The position numbers and the translations under genes were made by a program. Positions 43,901-55,900 of a stretch of 64,000 nucleotides of DNA are shown here, piece by piece (the stretch's first letter is position 1; the number at the start of each line of letters is the position of its first letter). Below the pieces are notes generated by a model, which did not search any database, was not told the DNA's origin, and saw nothing but the letters and a program-made list of their open reading frames with translations. The stretch spans positions 32,674,001 to 32,738,000 of the forward strand of contig OZ024752.1 of the NCBI GenBank assembly GCA_964016885.1, in the 5' to 3' direction. Source of the DNA: Eledone cirrhosa (lineage: Eukaryota).

Positions 43901-46900
43901 ATCTGCTAGTCTCATCTAGTTCACTATTTACAATTAGTATTTGTTAGTAGTAAGATAGGCAAGGGGCTGGGGGCTAGGGATCTGCTAGTCTCATCTAGTT
44001 CACTATTTACAATTAGTATTTGTTAGTAGTAAGATAGGGGTGGGGGCCAGGGATCTGCTAGTCTCATCTAGTTCACTATTTACAATTAGTATTTGTTAGT
44101 AGTAAGATAGGCAAGGGGCTGGGGGCTAGGGATCTGCTAGTCTCATCTAGTTCACTATTTACAATTAGTATTTGTTAGTAGTAAGATAGGGGTGGGGGCC
44201 AGGGATCTGCTAGTCTCATCTAGTTCACTATTTACAATTAGTATTTGTTAGTAGTAAGATAGGCAAGGGGCTGGGGGCTAGGGATCTGCTAGTCTCATCT
44301 AGTTCACTATTTACAATTAGTATTTGTTAGTAGTAAGATAGGCAAGGGGCTGGGGGCTAGGGATCTGCTAGTCTCATCTAGTTCACTATTTACAATTAGT
44401 ATTTGTTAGTAGTAAGATAGGCAAGGGGCTGGGGGCTAGGGATCTGCTAGTCTCATCTAGTTCACTATTTACAATTAGTATTTGTTAGTAGTAAGATAGG
44501 GGTGGGGGCCAGGGATCTGCTAGTCTCATCTAGTTCACTATTTACAATTAGTATTTGTTAGTAGTAAGATAGGCAAGGGGCTGGGGGCTAGGGATCTGCT
44601 AGTCTCATCTAGTTCACTATTTACAATTAGTATTTGTTAGTAGTAAGATAGGGGTGGGGGCCAGGGATCTGCTAGTCTCATCTAGTTCACTATTTACAAT
44701 TAGTATTTGTTAGTAGTAAGATAGGCAAGGGGCTGGGGGCTAGGGATCTGCTAGTCTCATCTAGTTCACTATTTACAATTAGTATTTGTTAGTAGTAAGA
44801 TAGGCAAGGGGCTGGGGGCTAGGGATCTGCTAGTCTCATCTAGTTCACTATTTACAATTAGTATTTGTTAGTAGTAAGATAGGCAAGGGGCTGGGGGCTA
44901 GGGATCTGCTAGTCTCATCTAGTTCACTATTTACAATTAGTATTTGTTAGTAGTAAGATAGGGGTGGGGGCCAGGGATCTGCTAGTCTCATCTAGTTCAC
45001 TATTTACAATTAGTATTTGTTAGTAGTAAGATAGGCAAGGGGCTGGGGGCTAGGGATCTGCTAGTCTCATCTAGTTCACTATTTACAATTAGTATTTGTT
45101 AGTAGTAAGATAGGGGTGGGGGCCAGGGATCTGCTAGTCTCATCTAGTTCACTATTTACAATTAGTATTTGTTAGTAGTAAGATAGGCAAGGGGCTGGGG
45201 GCTAGGGATCTGCTAGTCTCATCTAGTTCACTATTTACAATTAGTATTTGTTAGTAGTAAGATAGGGGTGGGGGCCAGGGATCTGCTAGTCTCATCTAGT
45301 TCACTATTTACAATTAGTATTTGTTAGTAGTAAGATAGGGGTGGGGGCCAGGGATCTGCTAGTCTCATCTAGTTCACTATTTACAATTAGTATTTGTTAG
45401 TAGTAAGATAGGCAAGGGGCTGGGGGCTAGGGATCTGCTAGTCTCATCTAGTTCACTATTTACAATTAGTATTTGTTAGTAGTAAGATAGGGGTGGGGGC
45501 CAGGGATCTGCTAGTCTCATCTAGTTCACTATTTACAATTAGTATTTGTTAGTAGTAAGATAGGCAAGGGGCTGGGGGCCAGGGATCTGCTAGTCTCATC
45601 TAGTTCACTATTTACAATTAGTATTTGTTAGTAGTAAGATAGGCAAGGGGCTGGGGGCTAGGGATCTGCTAGTCTCATCTATTTCACTATTTACAATTAG
45701 TATTTGTTAGTAGTAAGATAGGCAAAGGGCTGGGGCCAGGGTTCTGCTAGTCTCATCTAGTTCACTATTTACAATCACTATTTGTTTCTTGCTTCTTTTA
45801 AAACCCCTGATTTTGATCTTCTTCAGACACGAAGTCTTGCCCCACCAACTCCATTGACAGGACGACGTTATCTGAAAGAGAAAGACCCCAACATTACACC
45901 GATATCTACTGCAACACAGAGTGTTAGTCGGTTGCAGGCCCTCTTGTCTGGACGGAAGACTTCCCCTAGTGAAGCCCTCATAGCAATATTTGAGTAAGTT
46001 TGATGACTATTTCTTCTTTATTCTTGCTCATTTATTCTGTCTGTCAACTCTCTACACATATGTCAACTCTCTATACATCTGTCAACTCTATACATCTGTC
46101 AACTCTATATATCTGTCAACTCTCTACACATGTCAACTCTCTATACACCTGTCAACATATCTGTCAATTCTCTATACACCTGTCAACACATCTGTCAACT
46201 CTCTATACATCTGGCCACTCTCTACACATCTGTCAACTCTTTATACATCTGTCAACTCTTTATACATCTGTCAACTCTTTATACATCTGTCAACTCTCTA
46301 TACATCTGTCAACTCTCTATACATCTGTCAACTCTCTATACATCTGTCAACATATCTGTCAACTCTCTATACATCTGGCGACTCTACACATCTGTCAACT
46401 CTCTACACATATGCCATCTCTCTACACATATGCCATCTCTCTACACACACATCTGTCAACTCTACACATGCCAGTCATCTCTCTCTCTGCACACATCTGT
46501 CAACTCTCTCTCAACACATCTGTCAACTCTCTCTCAACACATACATCTATCTGCCATCTGTTTACACTTCCATCTGCCTACCTGTCTACCTACACATCCA
46601 CTTATCTATTTGTCTACACATACATAAATCTCTATCCTTTTCTTTCACCACACAATTATTAACAATAAAAGAAACATGAACATTTTAATTTCAAAATCTA
46701 TAATAAATAATAAATGTCCTGTGACTCAATTCCTGACAGTTAGTGTTTATTGTTTTCAGGGACTGTTCTCGAAATCCTCATAAAACAATCAGAAATCGAG
46801 TGAAAGAAATGGGAGAAATATTCTGTACAAATTTCATTCAGGTGAGAATTAATTCATGTTTCTCAAATGTTTACTGTGTGTCTCTGTATCTTTGTGTGTG

Positions 46901-49900
46901 TGTCTCTGTATCTTTGTGTGTGTGTCTCTGTATCTTCATGTGTGTTTCCTCTGCAAGACACAAATATTCCCCCTAAAAGAGAGGTATTCCTCTACAAAAC
47001 ACAAATACTATGTCCCTAAGGGAGGTTTGTCTCTTCAAATTCTTGATTATTTTCAAATTTAATTGAGAAAAAAAACTAAGCAGTATATTTCATTAGAAAT
47101 ATGGTCACAAAAGGTCTATGAATGATTCCATGGAAAGATTTCTTTCTCATTCAACAGAGTTAAAACACCAACCCTACAGGTTCTAGTCATTCAACTATGG
47201 CCTTGCAGGACACAGAACATTAGCTTCTAATGTATAGTTGATTACATAAACTGTAGTACTTATTTTGTTGACTGGTACTTATCTTATTAAGTCAAAGTTT
47301 TACCTGAGTAGGGTTTGAAAAAAAAAGGAAACAATCAACAACATCCCAGACCCATTTTGCTTACTGAGTAGAGTGGAACCCTGTCAAATCAGACCAAGAC
47401 CAAGGAAACAATGTTTCCATTGGTCTTTCCATTGCTGATACTCCTGGTAGAAAGAGCAACATGAAATAAAGTGCCTTGCTCAAGGACATAATGCATCGTC
47501 TTGTCTGGGAATCAAACTCGTAACCTCATGATTGTGAATCCAATTCTCTAACCACTAGCCCCACATGCCTTCACAGGTTTTGAACTTGGTATATATAAAG
47601 GTACATTACCCAACACCACAAGGTATTTTGTCAATACCACCCACCAATTCTGCCATCTACCCATCCAACACTACCCACCAATTCTGCCACCTACCCACCC
47701 AACACTACCCACCAATTCTTCCATCTACCCACCCAACACTACCCACCAATTCTGCCACCTACCCACCAAATTCTTCTAACTACCCACCCAACACTACCCA
47801 CCAATTCTTCCATCTACCCACCAATTCTGCCACCTACCCACCCAACATTACCCACCAATTCTGCCACCTACCCACCCAACATTACCCACCAATTCTGCCA
47901 CCTACCCACCCAACACTACCCATTCAAATAGTAATAGTTCATTTTCTCTTCTTAAAACATCAAATAAAACATGACTTCTATGTTTCTATGTTCTTCAGCC
48001 TTCTGACCATCCTGGTGCCCACAGTGACTTTGCCCGTAACCGTTTACAGTTGGCTGAAAGTTTATATTTTAAAACTCTAGAAAGTATTGCTGTCGATGAG
48101 AAAAAGAGATTTTCAGCAAAAGATGGCAACAAAGATCTCACAGTAAATCTGTTTTAATTTGTTTTTCAAATCCCTCTTTTTTTTTTTTTTAAATAATTTC
48201 ATTTTTGTTTCTAATTTTATTAAATTTTTTTTTAATATTTCCCTTTTTTAAAAAATATTTTCCCTTTTTTTCTGCTGCTTTGCCCATGTTGATGCAACAG
48301 TGATGATGATGTATTTGGGGTTGAATTTTATAAAAATGTATTTTTTATTTATCAATTTTTATCATTACTACCAGCAGAAAAACCACCCACCGGGCGGTTT
48401 ACTCGTAGTATGTGTAGTGTGTGTATTGATATTATATGATACGTCAAATGAAAAGTAAATTGACAATATGCACAGAAATTGAAGAGAGACTGTGTTATAC
48501 TCTTTTCCGTAATCAGTAATTCATGATACATTTAAAAAAGACAATATTATATATAAACTGCATTATGGTGAAATTTTATGAAAACAAAAAAGGAGAAAAA
48601 TGTGATTAGTGACGGAAATATAAATGTTATGTTATAACGGACGCTAAGTGTTGACATTTGAAAATTCTAAAGTGAAATTTGAAATAAGCAATAGATTATA
48701 TATAAGAATGTTTATGTTTAATCAAGAGCTAAGAAATTTAGTAAATAGATTACATAATATTCATTCATGATTTATTCAAAGTAATCTAACTTATTTTAAT
48801 ACCGTGTTGTGAAAAAATAAAAAGGAGTCTCGCAGTTCTCCTATCATCATATATAAGATTATTATTTGCTTGTTTTGTCTTTTTTCTTTGGCTTCCTTTT
48901 TTAAAATTTTTTTTTTTTTTTTTTTAAATGTTTTAGGTTGTTCTGGAACATGATATTTTTCAAAGATCACTATTTGCTTGTTGCCTTGAAATCGTGATAT
49001 TTTCTTATAATTCTCAAAGGTAAGTTTTGCCAGGCTTTAGATAAAACAAATCACCCTTGCTGTAATCATAACTGCCATCAGAATGTCAATCACAATGCCT
49101 TCTTCTTTCTTCTGCACTTCTAGAAACCATTATATTATCATTTACGGGGTCAATAAAATAAAGTACCAGTAATGCACTGGGATAAGTGCTGGCCTTGTGC
49201 CAAAAGTAGAAACAATTATATTTCATTATTATTTTAACATTAATAGTTAGTCTCATCACCATTAGTATTGCTGCTATTATCATTATCCTGCTGAAGTTAG
49301 CTTTGCCTTTCATTTACGGGGTCGATAAAATAAAGCACCAGTAATGTACTGGGGTCAGTTTAATCAACTTTCCCCCTCTCCCAAAATTGCTGGACCTGTG
49401 CCTCAATAAGATACCATTATCATCATTATCCCGTTAATATCAGCTTTGCCTTTCATCCTTACGGAGTTGATAAAATGAAGTACCAGTAATGCACTGGGAT
49501 CGGTTTAATTGACTTTCCCCTCCCTTAAAATTGTTGACCTTGTGCCTAAATCAGAAATTATTATTATTATTTTGAATTTATAGTCGCGTCCCTTTACATT
49601 CTGAGGTCAAATCCTGCCGAGGTTAACTTTGCCTTTCATTCTTATGAGGTCAATAAAATAAAGTACCAGTAATGTACTGGGGTCGATTTAATTGACATGT
49701 TGGTGTTTGAAGTATAGCATAATAAATTATGATGGAAGATTTCTTAGATAAATATCATCATCATCATCATCAGCATTGTCATTTTACATCCATTTTCCAA
49801 TGCTTGTTTTGGACCATAGAACTAAGTTTCAAGTGGTGTGGAATCAAAAGGGTTAAGATAAATGTTTACAGATCTAATGAGTTCAATTCTCAGACCGGGT

Positions 49901-52900
49901 GATCTGTTGTTTCCTTGAGCAAGACACTTTATTTCACATTGCTCCAGTTTACTCAACTGTAGAAATGAGATGATAGGGACTAGGGTCGATATCATTCCAC
50001 TGTAGAGTGGTCGTGGAGGTGCCACGGCAAGAAAACACCCAGCACTCACTGTAAATGAGGTTGGTGTTAGGAAGGGCATCCAGCTGTAGAAATCAAGCCA
50101 GCATCAGTTCCCGTCCCACCCTTGCAAGCAGGGAAAAGCGGACATAAAATGAAAAGATGAATGAATGAATCACTTATTCTCTTTGAAATACTCAAGTTAA
50201 ATGTGTTTGTATTTGTTTTATTAGGACGTTTCCATGGATTGCCGAAATATTTGAATTGAGTCCTTTTCATTTCTATCGAGTAATTGAAATGGTAATCCGA
50301 GCTGAAGAAGGATTATCTCGTGATGTGGTGAAACATTTGAATCTCGTGAGTACACCCTTCTCAACTAACACTTCACATTTTCACATACCTTTCTTAACTA
50401 ACACTTCACATTTTCACATATCTTATGAATATACTCTTCTCAACTAACCCTTCACATTTTCACATACCTTTCTTAACTAACACTTCACATTTTCACATCT
50501 TATGAGTACACTCTTCTCAACTAACTCTTCACATTTTCACATATCTTATGAATATACTCTTCTCAACTAACTCTTCACATTTTCACATACCCTTCTCAAC
50601 TAACTCTTCACATTTTCACATATCTTATGAATATACCCTTCTCAACTAACTCTTCACATTTTCACATATCTTATGAATATACCCTTCTCAACTAACTCTT
50701 CACATTTTCACATACCTTTCTTAACTAACACTTCACATTTTCACATCTTATGAGTACACTCTTCTCAACTAACTCTTCACATTTTCACATATCTTATGAA
50801 TATACTCTTCTCAACTAACTCTTCACATTTTCACATACCTTTCTTAACTAACACTTCACATTTTCACATCTTATGAGTACACTCTTCTCAACTAACTCTT
50901 CACATTTTCACATCTTATGAGTACACTCTTCTCAACTAACTCTTCACATTTTCACATACCTTTCTTAACTAACACTTCACATTTTCACATCTTATGAGTA
51001 TACTCTTCTCAACTAACTCTTCACATTTTCACATATCTTATGAATATACCCTTCTCAACTAACCCTTCACATTTTCACATATCTTGTGAGTAGATCCTTC
51101 TCAACTGTCTTCACATTTTCACATATCTCATGAATATACCCTTCTCAACTAACCCTTCACATTTTCACATATCTTGTGAGTAGATCCTTCTCAACTGTCT
51201 TCACATTTTCACATATCTCATGAATGCACCTCTTTCTTAACTAACTCTTCACACTTTCACATATCTTGTGAGTGCACCCTTCTCAACTAAATCTTCACAT
51301 TTTCACATATCTTGTGAGCACACCTTTCTTAACTAACTCTTCACATTTCCACATTTCTTTTCATTAATCCTATAATAATTTCCCTGATTGTTCTTAAATA
51401 TTTCAGATAGAAGAATCTATTTTGGAAAGTTATGCTTGGAAAAGTGCATCTCCTCTTTGGGATGCTATTCGTGAACAAGAAAGCATACCAACATGTGAAG
51501 AGGTAACTTAGTTCCTTCTCATAAAGTTTTTTTTAAATTCAGACAGAACCATATCTCTTTTTTTTTTGTCTACTAAAACCCCTATAATTAGCTAATTCCC
51601 TTAAACCCTCTCTAATTAGCTAATTCCCTTAACCCTTCAGCATTTACATTACTCTATATTTGCTATTATATTTTCGCAGTAAATGCTTTACCTCACATAA
51701 TATTGAATCTATGAAATTTTGATATTTATTTTGAGAACAATAACTTAACATCAGTATGAGCGGCTAGTTACAGCTGGTTTGAACAGAAAGAGGTGAGGGA
51801 ATTGTGGCTGGATACGGCCGGTTTAAATGCTAAAGGGTTAAACCCTCTCTAATTAGTTAATTTACTAAAACCCTCTAATTAGCTAATTTTCTAAAACCCT
51901 CTCTAATTAGCTCATTCCCTAAAACCCCTCTCTAAATTGTGATGATTTTTTTTTGTTTTTTTTTCAAAATTAATTAAAATAAGATGCTAATTAATTATGG
52001 TCTTTTCTTTCCAGGTGTCTCTACCTTGTCAACTTGCCACAATGTCTGCTTCACCTCCACTTCATCCAGGTATTCGGAGGTTAGTTGATGAAGGCAAAAC
52101 TACCTGTAAGTAAATTATATTTATAAACACTGCTACTATTATAAAGAATGTATTATTATTGTATTCAACATCATTTGTCTGTAAGGGGTCGATAAAATAA
52201 AGTACCAGTAATGCACTGGGTAATTGCTGGCCTTGTGCCTAAAGTAGAAACAATTATTATTATAGGGCAGCGGATTGGTAGTATAGGTAGAGTGTCGGAT
52301 AACATGCTTTGCAGCATAGAGTTACGTCCCTTTACGTTTTGATTTCAAGTTCCGCTGAGGTTAGCTTTGCTTTCACACAGACTGTCACAACACACACACC
52401 GACAGTCACACACACAGACTGTCTCACACACACCGACTGTCCACACACACACACACACACTCAATACCATCTAAATAAATTGATCAGTTTTTTTTCTCTC
52501 TCCCCCTTCGCCAGATTACCAGCAATCACCAAGTACCTCAATCAGTGGACGGTTTTGTTCACCGAACCCTGGAACAGCTCGCAGGAAACTTTTCAGTTCT
52601 GAACCGTCATCAGCGCAGGTGACAAATGTGTTGACAGAGTCGGTGTCAATAGGAGGAGAAACGCAACAAGTTGCAGTTACTACAGCTGGCACAAACACAG
52701 ATCTAACAGGTGCATCTGCTAACGCTATTGTTGTTAGTAACAATGAGAACGCTGCACCTTCTTCACAAACTCATATAATTACACTTCAACCATGTCATCA
52801 GGTAGTTATATAATTTTTTTCTTTGTGTTTTGTGTTTTTTTTCCCTTTTACATCATTTAAAGGTGGATGTGTGCGGGGTTGGGGGAGTGTTTGTGCAGGG

Positions 52901-55900
52901 TGGGGGTATTGGTGTTGGTTTGTGTGTGGTGAGTGTGGATGTTTGTGTGGTGTGTGCCAGAATCAGTTCCCGTCCCACCCTTGCAAGCAGGGAAAAGTGG
53001 ACGTAAAATGATGCTGATGATGTGTGTGTGTGGCGAGTGCGTGGATGTTGGTGTGGTGGGTGTGTGGATGTTTGCGTGCATGTGTTTGTGTATGTGTGAC
53101 AGGTGTGTGGTGGTGGTATTTGAGGTAAATGTAATTGTCAGGTAACTAAACTGTAATTCTTTATTTTAAAGCAGGTGGTAATATCAGTACAACCAATCGT
53201 TTCTAACACAATCTCTGTTGGTGTGCCTTCCAATACAGTTGTGACACCTTCACAACAACAACAACCACAACCACAGCAACAACAACAAAAACAGAAGCCA
53301 TCTGCAAAACCAAAACGTACAGGATCTCTTGCCCTTTTCTTTAGGAAGGTCAGTTTTAAATCTTTTCTTACATAAGTTCACTTATATATTGGTTTGTCTG
53401 TGTCTATATCTCTCCTATATTTCTACCATATTGTACCGACTTTCTGAAACTTAGTCATTTGTTACATATCTCACAATGCTTCGTATTAACTATATTACTT
53501 TATAACATTATTGAAGGCACATGGCTTAGTGGTTAAAGCATTGCGCTTGCAATCGAAAGGTTGTGAGTTCAATTCTCAGACCGGGTGACGTGTTGTTTCC
53601 TTGAGCAAGACACTTTATTTCACATTGCTCCAGTTTACTCAGCATAGTTACGTCCCTTTACAGTCTGAGTTCAAATCCCGCCGAGGTTAACTTTGCCTTT
53701 CATCCTTACGGGGTCGATAAAATAAAGTACCAGTAATGTACTGGGTAATTGCTGGCCTTGTGCCAAATGTAGAAACAATTATTGATGGATTGGAGTTATC
53801 CACCTATATTTAACCCTTTAGCTTTGAAACCAGCCATATCTGGCCAGAATTCTCTCACTTCTTTCTATTCAGACCGGCCATAACTGGCCACTCATTCTGA
53901 TGTTAAGGTATTGTTCTCAAAATAAATAACCTCAAAATCTCATATATGAAGGCCCCACTAGGTCACCAATGAATGACCATGGTTTTGCACCTAGAAAGTT
54001 TCCCTCCGAAGCACAAGCCTGAGCAGCAAGGTTTGTTTTGTGGAAGACCAGCAGTCACCCATGCATACCAGCCTCCCCTCTCCACGCCACCGATGTTGTC
54101 CAAGGGAAAGGCAATGGCTGATACAGCTTGGCACCAGTGACGTCGCAACTCATTTCTACAGCTGAGTAAACTGGAGTAACGTGAAATAAAGTGTCTTGCT
54201 CAAGGACACAACGCATCACCCGGTCCGAGAATCGAACTCACAACCTCTGAATTGCAAGCCCAATGCTTTAACCACTAAGCCATGCGCCTTCACAATCTCA
54301 TAGATTCAATATTATGTGAGATAAAGCCTTTACTGTGAAAATACAATAGTAAATATAGAGTAATGTAAATGCTAAAGGGTTAATGGTAAAACATACAATA
54401 TAGAAGACTTGCATATTTTAGGTAAATCTTTCATTGCCAAACTTTGATGTAGGTTTTTACATAGATAAACTCTGACCAACTCTAACATAATTTCTTTTAA
54501 ACACAATATAGAATGTCTCCACATTTTCTGCCAAGTTCCTCTGTCTTTATAAATATTTTGTAAATTAGCTGCATTTGTACCATTATTTTTGTTGGCAGTA
54601 TCGGTAGAGGGTCAGACGCCATGCTTTGACGCATAGAGTTCCGGCCCTTGCCATTCTGAGTTCAAATCCCGCCAAGGTTTACTTTGCCTTTCATCCTTAC
54701 GGGGTCGATAAAATAAAGTACCAGTAATGTACTGGGTAATTGCTGGCCTTGTGCCAAAAGTAGAAACAATTATGTCTTATATTTTAAGATTGATTGGCAG
54801 TATCGGTAGAATGTAAGACACCATGCTTTGCAGCATAGAGTTATGGCCATTTACGTTCCAAGTTCAAATCCTTCTCAGGTTAACTTTGCCTTTCATCCTT
54901 ACCGGGGTCGATAAAATAAAATACCAGTAATGCACTGAGTAATTGCTGTCCTTGTGCCAAAAGTAGAAACAATTATGTGTTATATTTTAGCATCTACCTT
55001 TTGACTGCATTTTATCACACTGGTGCCATAATAAAATGAATCCAGGACACTCTACAAAGTGGTTGGCAGGAAGGAGGAGGAGGAGCATCCAGCTATAGAA
55101 ACCATTCCTAAAAGGTAGCGAGGTCTCTTCAGTCATGTCACCTCAAGGACATGGCAATCTCTCTAATGCAGGTGATACAATAAAATACACGCACTACTCT
55201 ACAATCTAGTTGGCATTAGGAAAGACATACGGCTGTAGAAACCATGTCAAGAAAAAAGAAAGTATTTGATCAAGACTTGATCCATTCACCTTCAGAACAG
55301 TGGTTCTAATAAAGAACTGAATTAGTTTATAACACCCCAGCCATATAATTTTTCATTGTGCTTTGTTTTATGTAACTTTTAATTGTATTTTATCATATAA
55401 CCTCCTGTGATGTTTAGGTGTATCATCTTGCTGGTGTACGACTAAGAGACCTTTGTGAAAAGTTAAAGGTGAATGAAGAAGAACTGCAAAGAAAAATGTG
55501 GACATGCCTTGAGCATTGTCTTGTAAACGAACTGAGTTTAATGAAAGATCGGCATTTGGATCAAATCATTATGTGTTCAATGTATGTCATTGCAAAGGTA
55601 AGGATTCTTATTTTGAACCTGTTTAGGGCTTAGATCTCTACAAATGCTAGGATTCTTTTATAACCCTGTTGGTGTGTGTAAAATATCGGTATCAGTTACA
55701 TATGCTTGGCTCAAGTATATGGGAAAAATTGAGGGGGATATGTATAGAAACTTAAACTTATAATAATTGATACAACACACATACAGACACACAATTCTAA
55801 TTTGATCTCTATATTGTTGTTGTAGGTATAATAATTGATACAACACACATAGACACACAATTCTAATTTGATCTCTATATTGTTGTTGTAGGTATAATAA

